In this document: piece after piece, positions 1 to 10,223 of the stretch
How the letters are laid out: every line of letters starts with the position of its first letter
Position numbering within the stretch: position 1 is the stretch's first letter
Assembly: GCA_003223515.1 (NCBI GenBank)
Contig: QHVI01000026.1
Coordinates: 18,345 to 82,344, forward strand
Direction: 5' to 3'
DNA: 64,000 nt
Source of the DNA: Candidatus Angelobacter sp. Gp1-AA117
GTDB taxonomy: Bacteria > Acidobacteriota > Terriglobia > Terriglobales > Acidobacteriaceae
Notes under the pieces: generated by a model
Database searches by the model: none
What the model saw: only the letters and a program-made list of their open reading frames with translations
What the model was told of the DNA's origin: nothing
Program-made: the position numbers and the translations under genes

Positions 1-529
1 CGAGATAGAGGCTGGTGTTGGGATGGAAGAAAATCTGCTGGCGCAATGCCGGATCAGCCACAATTTTTTCGGCGAGGTTACAGAGATACTCCATATCCAG
101 CCGGCTGCGGCGCCCGTAGGAGTCGCGGGCTTCGATTTCCAGTTGGGTCTCACTGCCGATCTTGCCCACGGAACAGCCCGCGAACAATCCGAACGGTGTC
201 GGGCGGCTGGTCATGCGGGCTACATAGCGGTAGAGGGATTGCTCGAGTTTCTGTCCTTTTTCGCTCTCGGGGGAACTCCACCACGCCGCAGGGGCCTGGG
301 AAAACTCGGGCGCGGCGATCCATAGCGCCTCCTGCACTTCAGGCCTGCGGACAAACTCCTGCAGCCGCGAGCGCACCAGGCGGCGGTCGGCTTCGATGAC
401 CGGCGCAAGCTCTTCATCCTTGCCCAGTACTGCGAAGGCTGAAAGACCTTGTGAGAGCGCCAGAAATTCTTCAAACGAGAAGAGAGGGGTGCGCAGCACA
501 AAAAAACCCGAGGTGGTGAAGTCGCTCAT
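1..529 (-). CDS. lanB: Lantibiotic dehydratase (LanB-type), N-terminal part; gene continues beyond window start
   Basis: Absent from the ORF track because no stop lies in the window. Hand translation of the minus strand from ATG (529-527) gives MSDFTTSGFFVLRTPLFSFEEFLALSQ...QSLYRYVARMTSRPTPFGLFAGCSVGKIGSETQLEIE..., open to position 1. GFFxLRTPL and RxTPFGLFAG are hallmark N-terminal motifs of the lantibiotic dehydratase family. The ATG overlaps the lanC stop (ATGA at 526-529). Confidence 0.8.
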   Translation of the reverse strand, partial: MSDFTTSGFFVLRTPLFSFEEFLALSQGLSAFAVLGKDEELAPVIEADRRLVRSRLQEFVRRPEVQEALWIAAPEFSQAPAAWWSSPESEKGQKLEQSLYRYVARMTSRPTPFGLFAGCSVGKIGSETQLEIEARDSYGRRSRLDMEYLCNLAEKIVADPALRQQIFFHPNTSLYL

Positions 530-1845
530 TCTTTTGTGGCTGGCGCTGGAGGAAGATCAACGAGAAAAATGCGATCCCAGTCGGGAACCACTGGCTTGAT
601 GGCCGAGAGGTAGGTTAGGCCTACTCCGGCGATGCCCTCGATCAGGCCGAATCTTCCTCTCCAGGAAAGCTCGCCGGTTTTGTCGGAGGTATAAACCGAG
701 TAGCCTGCGGCCCCGGTGCCCGGCTGCCGGAATTTCAGGCTCTCGCTGATCCAGTAGCGTGATCGTTCAGCAAAGGCGAGATCGCGAGTGGCCTGATAAA
801 AGCGGTTGAAGATGTGGGCCAGGCCGGCGGAACCATGACAGAAGCAGATATCGCGCACTCCGGAGCTCTGGACATCACGGCCGACTGAATGGTGCATAAT
901 GTCGAGCGCCGCACTCTCCCAGGCATTCGATCCCGTGCAGCGTGCAGCCTGAAACAAGGTCGCGGCGATGCCGGCATCACCATAACACCATGCCAGGCGG
1001 CAATCCTCCGAGGCACTTTGCGGCATGTGAAAAGTGGAGAAACAGGACTTCGATCCGAAGGGCCGGCGCTGCTGCAAAAACCAGCGCACGGCGCGTTCCA
1101 GCAGATCGCCTGCTTTTTCGCGTGCTATCCCGGCCGCATAAATCTTCGCCAGGACGGCGATGATGCCGGGAACGCCGTGGGCGAGGCCCAGGTTGTAATA
1201 GCCTTCAGGATAGTGTTCCCGCTGGGAGCCGATCAGTAGATCGGGATGAGTGAACCAGCGCGCCTCATCCGGAGTCAACTCCGCGATTTCGTGCAGGCGT
1301 TCGACAATCAGCTCAAGCGCATGCCGCGCCGCAGGCGAATCAAGGCGCTCCAGGCAGTAGACGGCAAGACCTACCAGGCCGACGATCAGGTCATAATCCT
1401 GCTTCCAGGGAGTGTTGCTTACGTAGGTCTGTATGGCAAGATCGATTTCGCTGAGATCTTCCACAGGCTCATGAAGAACACCGGCCACATGCTGCACCGC
1501 CCAGGCTACCCCGGTAAAGCCGCTATAGAGGGAAGGACCCATAGGTTGGCTGGAGAGCGCTTCGACGGCAATATTCAGGTAACGGGAAGAAAACTCGCGC
1601 GCGCCTGGGAACAATCCTGTGGATTCCATGTAGGCGAAATAGACAGCGATGCCGGCCGCGCCTTCCCCCAGTTGGGCTTTGGACTGGAAAGGCGCAGGGT
1701 TTTTATCGTCCGTGTGCCATTCAAGTGCGGACTGAAGTTCGGCATTGATTTCGGCAAGCGAGGCCTGAATTGCCTGGGCCTGCTGATCATCTTCGTGTAG
1801 CAGGGGAGTCCAGGGCGAGGGAAGCGAATTCGAAATCGATGGCAT
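526..1845 (-). CDS. lanC: LanC-like lanthionine synthetase (lanthipeptide cyclase)
   Basis: 439-aa ORF carrying the three conserved LanC motifs GLAHGVPG, WCYGDAG and CHGSAG in the expected order and spacing. Confidence 0.85.
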   Translation of the reverse strand: MPSISNSLPSPWTPLLHEDDQQAQAIQASLAEINAELQSALEWHTDDKNPAPFQSKAQLGEGAAGIAVYFAYMESTGLFPGAREFSSRYLNIAVEALSSQPMGPSLYSGFTGVAWAVQHVAGVLHEPVEDLSEIDLAIQTYVSNTPWKQDYDLIVGLVGLAVYCLERLDSPAARHALELIVERLHEIAELTPDEARWFTHPDLLIGSQREHYPEGYYNLGLAHGVPGIIAVLAKIYAAGIAREKAGDLLERAVRWFLQQRRPFGSKSCFSTFHMPQSASEDCRLAWCYGDAGIAATLFQAARCTGSNAWESAALDIMHHSVGRDVQSSGVRDICFCHGSAGLAHIFNRFYQATRDLAFAERSRYWISESLKFRQPGTGAAGYSVYTSDKTGELSWRGRFGLIEGIAGVGLTYLSAIKPVVPDWDRIFLVDLPPAPATKE

Positions 1846-2109
1846 GCGTACGAATCAATCAAGGCAAAACAAGATTAAGCGAATTCTTCCGTGCTCCCGC
1901 CTTTCTGCGGCGAGTTTCCGGTTTTCCAAAGTTGTCTGCCCTTCATAGCTTTAAACAGTCTATTTCATCCTGTCAAAAGCCGACGGACCCTATTTAGCAG
2001 CAGGTTGGCAGCTCAGGATACAGATCAGTAGTCGAAAAATTCCCTTGAACTCCTGTCGTACGACGTATATAACTAGTCTTGTTATAAACAGCCAAAGACC
2101 GTTAAAAGA

Positions 2110-2310
2110 ATGTTTTTCGCTCCTTTCTCACCACCCCCGCTGCCGCGCAATGAGCATGAAGCGCGAGTCGTGGGGGTGATTTTCTTTGTCGTGTGGGGGC
2201 TGGGCCTGGTCTTACTCTACTGGCTGAGCAGCCGCGCCGAAAAGAATCCGCAAGACGGGAATGCCTCTTCTCCTAAAAGCACGATGAAACCCGAAGGCAC
2301 AACGAAATAA
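2110..2310 (+). CDS. Hypothetical small single-pass membrane protein (may be non-coding)
   Basis: 66-aa ORF with one hydrophobic helix (VVGVIFFVVWGLGLVLLYWL). No family recognised. Confidence 0.2.
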   Translation: MFFAPFSPPPLPRNEHEARVVGVIFFVVWGLGLVLLYWLSSRAEKNPQDGNASSPKSTMKPEGTTK

Positions 2311-2547
2311 AGTTCAGGAAAGGCAGGAGCAACTTGCTTCAGCCCAGCCCTGGCGCGGGATTCGGGCGAATCTTAGGTTCTATATAGAGGGAATATCCAC
2401 TACATCAAAATATAGGCGCTTTGGTTGACATTCTCCCGTATAATCCTTGCCGCAGCGCCGGATAAATCCCGGAGATGCTGAACAGAAGCACGGACGAAGA
2501 CGAAAGCCGGGCCCTCCGTGAGAGGCCTTCATCTAGAGGAGAAGGGT

Positions 2548-3871
2548 ATGCCAGACGTTCGAGTTCCTGCTGCACAGTCCCCCAGTATCGTAATCACAGG
2601 AGCAAATTCAATCTTTTCGCCGGGGCGTATTTGGATGGTCATCCTCGCCTCGTCGGTAGGCACCATGATCGAGTGGTACGACTTCTATATTTTCGGAAGT
2701 CTCGCAACCACACTCTCGGCCGTCTTTTATCCCACGGGAAACGGCGCATTTGCGTTAATCCGGGTGGTTTGCGCCAATCGTCCTGATCGCCATTCGCGTG
2801 CTGCAAGGCCTGGCGCTGGGCGGTGAGTATGGCGGTGCCGCGGTCTACGTGGCCGAGCACGTTCCTGATAACAAACGCGGCTTCTATACCAGCTTCATCC
2901 AGATCACCGCCTCCCTGGGCTTGTTTGTTTCCATCATGGTAGTGCTGGCTACTCAGTTCACCATGACCCCGGCTAACTTCAGCAGCTATGGATGGCGCAT
3001 TCCATTCCTGATCTCCATCTTCTTGGTGGCTATTTCGCTGTACATCCGCCTGAGAATGAAAGAGTCGCCAATCTTTGAGCAGATCAAGACCTCGGGAATG
3101 AGCTCTTCCGCCCCACTCAAGGAAGCTTTCACCGAAAGAGCGAACCTGAAGCGCGTGCTGATCTCGCTGTTTGGCGCAACTGCCGGACAGGGCGTGGTGT
3201 GGTATACCGGGCAGTTCTATGCCTTGTATTACATCCAAAAAATCCTGAGGGTGAATACTCGCACGGGGTTCATCATCGTTGCTCTGGCAGTGCTGTTCGG
3301 CATGCCCTTCTTTACCCTGTTTGGATCTCTTTCAGACAAGATAGGCCGCAAGAAGATCATCATGGCCGGGTGTTTGCTCGCCGTGGTCAGCTATCTTCCG
3401 ATTTATCATGCCATGGTCAACGCCGCCGGAAACCAGGTGACCGGATTCCGTCCAGTAAAGAATCAAGCCAGCGGCGAGGTCACGCTGACACCGCTGATGA
3501 ACGATCCTGCCACAGGCAAGCAGGTGCCGGCGCCGGAAGCTCCGCATCCGAACGTGCCGCTGCTGGTTTTTCTAGTCTGGATCCAGGTGATCTACGTCAC
3601 CATGGTCTATGGTCCGATTGCAGCGTACCTGGTGGAGGCCTTCCCGGCGAAGATACGTTACTCTTCGCTGTCATTGCCGTACCACATAGGCAATGGAATC
3701 TTTGGAGGATTGCTGCCGCTCATTGGTGTGTACGTGTGTGCGGCTACAAATAATCTGTATGCTGGCCTCTGGTATCCCATGATCGTCGCCAGTATTACCT
3801 TTGTAGTGGGATCAATTTATTTGAAAGAGACCCACGGCCAGCGCATCTGGGACGAGGTAAGGACCACGTAA
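2548..3871 (+). pseudogene. MFS transporter of the metabolite:H+ symporter (MHS) type, disrupted by an internal deletion plus frame change
   Basis: Two ORF-track pieces (2518..2826 and 2798..3871, different frames) together read as one MHS protein: GTMIEWYDFYIFGSLA ... RVLQGLALGGEYGGAAVYVAEH. SD GGAGAAGGG precedes ATG 2548. GNGAFALI (~2750) is followed almost directly by GWFAPIVLIAIRVLQG (from 2762, other frame, TAA at 2756-2758). About 50 residues that normally carry TM2-TM3 and the GRK loop are missing. Confidence 0.7.
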
Positions 3872-3895
3872 TCAGATTCAAAATCATTCACCAGC

Positions 3896-3925
3896 GGAGG
3901 CGATTCGTCGCCTCCGTTTTGTTTC
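3896..3925 (+). terminator. Rho-independent terminator after the MFS pseudogene
   Basis: CGGAGGCGA-TTCG-TCGCCTCCG hairpin followed by TTTTGTTT. Confidence 0.65.
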
Positions 3926-4085
3926 TGATTTGGAGAGAAATCAATCAAAGGAGATTACGATATACATCGAAAGATTCAGCCATCCCTCGGGATTTGATTT
4001 GCGTTAATTCAATATCCCGGCATTCCGCTTGCGATCCGGCCGGGCTACGTTCATTCCGTGCCTTTGGCACTGCAAGATTGGCTTA

Positions 4086-5210
4086 CTACAAATTCTTCAG
4101 GGCCTGTTCCAGGTCTTCGATCAGATCGTCCACGTGCTCCAGGCCGATGGAAAGCCGCAGCAGGTTTTCCGGGCTTCTGGTGTTGACGCCTTCTACAGAC
4201 GCGCGGTGCTCAATCAGGCTGTGCGGGCCGCCCAGGCTGGTCGCGTGGGTAAACAGCCTTACGCTGGCAGCCAGTTTCATCGCTTCAGCCCGGCCACCTT
4301 TTACCTGAATCGAGAGCATGCCGCCGAAGCCGGACATCTGGCTGGCGGCAATCTGGTGTCCAGGGTGGCTGGGCAGACCGGGATAATGCACGGATTCAAT
4401 CTCCGGCTGCTGGCTTAGAAATTCGGCGACGTGCTGGGCAGTCTGCGACTGAGCACGAACGCGGTAAGGAAAAGTTTGCAGTCCACGCAGGGTGAGCCAG
4501 CATTCAAAGGGCGAGGGAACCGCACCGGCGCTGGTCTGGATGGAGCGGACTTTTGTATAGAAATCATTTTCCTGCTTGAAGATCAGAGCGCCGCTGAGCA
4601 CGTCAGTATGGCCGGAGAGATACTTGGTCACCGAATGCATGACCACGTCTGCGCCCAGTTGCAAGGGAAGCTGCAGCAGCGGAGTGGCCCAGGTGTTGTC
4701 GCAGGCCACCATGGCATTGGCTTTGTGAGCAATCGCGGAAATGGCGCGAATGTCCGTCACGTGGAGCAGCGGGTTGGATGGAGTTTCCAACCAGATCAAT
4801 CGGGTGTCTGGCGTGATTGCGCGCTCCACTGCCTGGAGGTCGGCCATATCGACCAGCGTGGATTTCAGCCCCCAGGGCTTGAGCAGATCGTTGAGCAGCA
4901 TGGCTGTGCCGTAGAAGACATCTTCTCCGGCAAGCACGTGATCGCCGGGCGCGAGCGCCTGGAAAACAGCGGCGGCGGCGGCATTGCCGGAAGAGAAAGC
5001 AATGGCCGCGGCGCCCTCTTCAAGCGCAGCCAGAGCGGTTTCCAGCGTGGCCCGGTTAGGATTGTTGGCGCGGGAATAGAGATATCCGCCAGGCGTGCTG
5101 CCATCATCGGCTTTCTGGAAGGTGGTGGAAAGATGAATGGCCGGCGTCACATCGCGGGAGCCGGGTTCAATGTTGTGTCCAATATGGACAGCCTTGGTTT
5201 CGATTTTCAT
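4086..5210 (-). CDS. PLP-dependent trans-sulfuration enzyme (cystathionine gamma-synthase / beta- or gamma-lyase family)
   Basis: 374 aa. Typical Cys/Met-metabolism PLP family sequence including the PLP-lysine motif [16 protein letters not shown]. Exact specificity cannot be told from sequence alone. Confidence 0.85.
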   Translation of the reverse strand: MKIETKAVHIGHNIEPGSRDVTPAIHLSTTFQKADDGSTPGGYLYSRANNPNRATLETALAALEEGAAAIAFSSGNAAAAAVFQALAPGDHVLAGEDVFYGTAMLLNDLLKPWGLKSTLVDMADLQAVERAITPDTRLIWLETPSNPLLHVTDIRAISAIAHKANAMVACDNTWATPLLQLPLQLGADVVMHSVTKYLSGHTDVLSGALIFKQENDFYTKVRSIQTSAGAVPSPFECWLTLRGLQTFPYRVRAQSQTAQHVAEFLSQQPEIESVHYPGLPSHPGHQIAASQMSGFGGMLSIQVKGGRAEAMKLAASVRLFTHATSLGGPHSLIEHRASVEGVNTRSPENLLRLSIGLEHVDDLIEDLEQALKNL

Positions 5211-5316
5211 TGCGTTTAAGGGTACAACAAAGCCACTCGCGCAGGCACCGGACGTTAGTAACCACGAGCATTAAAAGGTAACCACAGCGTGGCGGGGCAC
5301 AACGAAAACTTTTACC

Positions 5317-5587
5317 GCAGAGGACGCAGAGGACGCAGAGGAAGCAAAAGTAGTTTTATGTGTATTTGATCCGGCACTGTTTAGTCTCTCAAGATTTTTG
5401 GGTCGCCAAAGCTGGGTGGAAGGATGCAAAGCAGCATGAAAATCTTTGCAGGAAAACGAGAATTTTGGATATAGCAATACAGAGAGCGCAGAGGCAACAC
5501 GGGTGCGGTCCATAGGGAGCAACACACCGCCCAAATTCAATACACATCAACTACTTTTGTTACCTCTGCGTCCTTTGCGTCCTCTGC
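5317..5587. repeat. 37-nt inverted repeat pair (arms 5317-5353 and 5551-5587) built from GCAGAGGAC 9-mers
   Basis: The reverse complement of arm 1, CTACTTTTGCTTCCTCTGCGTCCTCTGCGTCCTCTGC, matches arm 2, CTACTTTTGTTACCTCTGCGTCCTTTGCGTCCTCTGC, at 34 of 37 positions. The spacer is 197 nt. Confidence 0.75.
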
Positions 5588-5690
5588 ATTGCGAACAATC
5601 AAATTCTTCCCAACCCGCGAAGAATTCTGAGCAACCGCATTCCTACTCTCATTTCTAATTCTCGCTGTTTGCGTCATTCGCGGCTTCTTG

Positions 5691-5785
5691 CTCTTTTCTC
5701 AAAAGCTTTCCTCCGTGCCCTTTGTGAAACCTCTGTGTCCTTTGTGGTAAGGGCTTTGGTTGCGGCTCCGCCACGCTGCGGTAAA
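5691..5785. repeat. 95-nt dispersed intergenic repeat, copy A (copy B at 24440-24536)
   Basis: CTCTTTTCTCAAAAGCTTTCCTCCGTGCCCTTTGTGAAACCTCTGTGTCCTTTGTGGTAAGGGCTTTGGTTGCGGCTCCGCCACGCTGCGGTAAA aligns with copy B with about 6 substitutions and a 2-nt indel. Confidence 0.85.
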
Positions 5786-5947
5786 AGGTTTTTGGTTGTG
5801 TCTTCGCTGCGCTGTGGTTTATTTCTTGCGGTCTTGAATGAGGAAATCGAAGACAGAATGTGGAAATCGGCGCGGTAATTCAAAAATCAGCTTCATTGCG
5901 CTGTTTACGACCATGCCTGTGATAACCCAAAATGTTTACAGCAGGTC

Positions 5948-7732
5948 ATGGCTAACACTGGAGATTTCTCGCAGAGGCTGAAGGAGCAGGCGGACATTGT
6001 CCGCGTGATCGGCGATTACGTGAAGCTCAAGAAGGCCGGGGCCCAGAATTTCTCCGGAATCTGTCCATTCCACCAGGAAAAGACTCCTTCTTTTTCTGTC
6101 CACGCTACCCGCCAGTTCTTTCACTGCTTTGGCTGCGGCGTTTCCGGAGATGTTTTCACCTTCGTGCAGAAGATCGAGAATGTCACCTTTCCTGAGGCGG
6201 TGCGACTGGTGGCGCAGAAGCTGGGCATCGCCATGCCGCGCATGGAATACAGTTCGCCCGCCGAGGCGCAGGAGGCCCGGCAACGCGGCCAGTTACTGGA
6301 TATCAACGAGCGCGCCTGCGTCTTCTTTGAAGAGCAGCTTCGCAGGCCGGAGGCGGCGCATGCCCGCGACTATCTGGCCGCCCGGGGCGTGAAGGAAGAG
6401 ACGATCCGTACTTTCCGCATCGGCTATGCGCCCGATTCAGGCTTCGTGCTGAAAGACCGGCTCAAGTCTGAATTCAGCGAAGAAATCTTGCGCGCTTCGG
6501 GCCTGCTTGCATCGAAGGCCGAAGCTGCCGATCTGGCCAACATGTATTCCAAGTTCCGCAACCGCATCATGTTTCCGATCGCCAATGATGCAGGCAAGGT
6601 GATCGCCTTTACCGGCAGAACCCTCTCCAAAGACGAGAAGGCCGGACCCAAGTACCTGAACTCTCCCGAGACCCCAATCTATTCCAAGTCGCGGGTGCTT
6701 TATAACCTTGATAAGGCCAAGGAGGCCATCCGCAAGCTGGATTACGGAATCATCGTGGAAGGCCAGATGGATTGTATTTCAGTCTATTCCTCCGGCTTTC
6801 ATAACGTGATTGCCAGCTCCGGCACGGCATTTACCGAGACCCAGGTGCGGCTGCTGGCGCGCTTCAGCAAGAACATTGTGGTGAACTTTGATCCGGACAC
6901 CGCTGGCGCCGCCGCTACCGACCGTTCACTGGCCATGCTGGTGGAAGAGGACTTCAATATCAAAGTCATGCGGCTGGAAACTGGTTTTGATCCTGACCTG
7001 TTCATCCGCCGCAACGGCGTGGATGCCTACCGCAAGGCGCTGCAGGTTTCCACCAAGTATTTCGATTACCTGATTGGCCGCGCCATCTCTATGTTTCCGG
7101 TGAGGACGCCTGAAGGCAAGGTCAAGGCAGTGAATTACCTGCTGCCCCATATCCAGAAGGTGCCCAGCAGGATCGTTCGCGAGGGGCTGGCTACCGATCT
7201 GGCGCAGAAGCTGGGGATTGACTCGGCGGTGTTGCGGCAGGAATTGAAATCTGCGGCTACCCGGCGGTCGTCTGCGGAGATACGTACAGGCGGCGAGATG
7301 CAGGTTATTCCATCAGAAAAAGTACTGATCCGCGCCCTATCATCCGTGGCTCCGGAAGACGCGGACTTGCGGCGCACAGCGCGTGAGGCCATGGTTACGG
7401 AACGCCTGCATGCAGGGCTGGCAACCGAATCCCTGCTGGACGCCCTGCTGAATGCCGGCGAATATCAGGATGATCCGATGGCGCTGCCATTGAGTGATCT
7501 TGACCGGCAACTGCTGGCCAAGATCGTCATGACCGAGGACGTGCCGGTATCGCCGGAGCTTCTGGGACAGGCGCTGGACGCTCTCCGGCATCGTGCCCGG
7601 CTGGCCCAGCGCGAGCGGGATATGAAGAGGGAATTCTCCGAGGCCGAACGCCGTAATGACATGCTGACCCTGGTGCGGCTGAAGCAGGAAAAACTGGAGT
7701 TGGACCGCAAGCTGGCGGCTTCCATGGATTAG
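5948..7732 (+). CDS. dnaG: DNA primase
   Basis: 594 aa. Zinc-ribbon CPFHQEKTPSFSV...FHCFGCG, TOPRIM motifs EGQMD and NFDPDTAG. Confidence 0.95.
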   Translation: MANTGDFSQRLKEQADIVRVIGDYVKLKKAGAQNFSGICPFHQEKTPSFSVHATRQFFHCFGCGVSGDVFTFVQKIENVTFPEAVRLVAQKLGIAMPRMEYSSPAEAQEARQRGQLLDINERACVFFEEQLRRPEAAHARDYLAARGVKEETIRTFRIGYAPDSGFVLKDRLKSEFSEEILRASGLLASKAEAADLANMYSKFRNRIMFPIANDAGKVIAFTGRTLSKDEKAGPKYLNSPETPIYSKSRVLYNLDKAKEAIRKLDYGIIVEGQMDCISVYSSGFHNVIASSGTAFTETQVRLLARFSKNIVVNFDPDTAGAAATDRSLAMLVEEDFNIKVMRLETGFDPDLFIRRNGVDAYRKALQVSTKYFDYLIGRAISMFPVRTPEGKVKAVNYLLPHIQKVPSRIVREGLATDLAQKLGIDSAVLRQELKSAATRRSSAEIRTGGEMQVIPSEKVLIRALSSVAPEDADLRRTAREAMVTERLHAGLATESLLDALLNAGEYQDDPMALPLSDLDRQLLAKIVMTEDVPVSPELLGQALDALRHRARLAQRERDMKREFSEAERRNDMLTLVRLKQEKLELDRKLAASMD

Positions 7733-7783
7733 TTTTGGCTTGCTGAAAGTTCCCTTCCTGGAGTCCGGGTTTATCAGTCTTTT

Positions 7784-7948
7784 CAGCGTTCATCAGCGGC
7801 AAAAATACGCTCTCAAGAACAGCGCAATCCTCTCGGCCACAAGAAAAGCATCCCGCACAAACCACAGCCAAAAGCCAAGAGCAGAGATCCGATCTCCCGA
7901 TCACCAGGTCTCCCGATCGCCCGATCTTGAATTTACCGATTTACCCAT
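7784..7948. repeat. Mosaic of four short 'word' repeat families in the dnaG-rpoD spacer
   Basis: In order: CAGCGTTCATCAGCGGCAAAAAT; CCACAGCCAAAAGCCAAGAGCAGAG; GATCCGATCTCCCGATCACCAGGTCTCCCGATCGCCCGATC; GAATTTACCGATTTACCCATT. Each family recurs at other intergenic sites in the window. Confidence 0.8.
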
Positions 7949-8225
7949 TCTCTCTTAGTCCGGTGTAAGCAAGATTCCCCCCGGAAATGCCGATAAAGGT
8001 TGCGAAACCCTCAGGGACGGCCAGCATCTATATTAGGAGGGAAAGGAACTCTATCTCCTTTATTTCTCGTCGGGTCAGGCTTAAGGCGCTTTTCTTTCCA
8101 GTCTTGAACGTGATAAGCTAAGTACCTTCGGGTCGTGCGCGCTTTTCCAGCCTTTGTCTCGCCGATTTACATTTAAGGGAATGTGAGCATTCAGCCCCGT
8201 ACTGTCTAAAAATGAGGATCGTGGT

Positions 8226-9914
<1,689 letters not shown>

Positions 9915-9987
9915 GCCGGTTTGCGGGCGTGAGCGCCAGCGGGAGCCCGCAGGCGAAATCCTGAACGCAAAGCGGAAGGACCTCAAT

Positions 9988-10024
9988 CCGGTGATCTGGT
10001 GATCTGGTGATCGGATCCGAGATT
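9988..10024. repeat. GGTGATCT-type oligonucleotide array, inverted relative to 10158-10221
   Basis: CCGGTGATCTGGTGATCTGGTGATCGGATCCGAGAT. Confidence 0.7.
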
Positions 10025-10031
10025 GCAAACC

Positions 10032-10064
10032 AAAGGCGCGGCCCACAGCCGCGCCTTTTTCTTT
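10032..10064 (+). terminator. Rho-independent terminator after rpoD
   Basis: AAAGGCGCGGC-CCACA-GCCGCGCCTTT followed by TTCTTT. Confidence 0.75.
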
Positions 10065-10157
10065 CCGCAAAAAGAATTCATATGGACCGCAGCCGCCCTC
10101 GGCTGCGCGGATAATCTCCGCGGTTGTCGAGAGTCTCTCCCAACCAATACTCTTCTG

Positions 10158-10221
10158 ATGTTCCGATGACCCGATTTCCCGATGACCAGATGACCCGATC
10201 TCCCGGTCACCGGATCTCCCG
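10158..10221. repeat. CCGATSWCC-type oligonucleotide array abutting the rhodanese stop codon
   Basis: GATGTTCCGATGACCCGATTTCCCGATGACCAGATGACCCGATCTCCCGGTCACCGGATCTCCCG. Confidence 0.7.
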
Positions 10222-10223
10222 TT

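Noticed and set aside
1994-2095. Minus-strand 33-codon ORF upstream of lanC ending in ...NFSTTDLYPELPTCC (TTG start), considered as a LanA precursor.
   Set aside because: The only possible start is a TTG immediately after an in-frame TAA, and the nearest GGAG is 24 nt away. There is no FNLD-like leader motif, and the leader would be under 20 aa. It is too weak to call, though worth re-checking if lanthipeptide mining tools flag it.
2425-2444. TTGACA and TATAAT hexamers upstream of the MFS pseudogene.
   Set aside because: The two perfect hexamers are only 8 nt apart instead of about 17, so they cannot act together as a sigma70 promoter. TATAAT alone may still be a -10 element.
5271-5883. ORFs 5271..5540, 5446..5658, 5669..5878, 5674..5883, and similarly 7740..7958, 24321..24642 and 9983..10417.
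   Set aside because: They are translations of the intergenic word repeats (SASSASSA, LRPLRPL, SPDHQVSRSPD, KAFLRA...VSFVV). The same DNA recurs at unrelated loci in both orientations.
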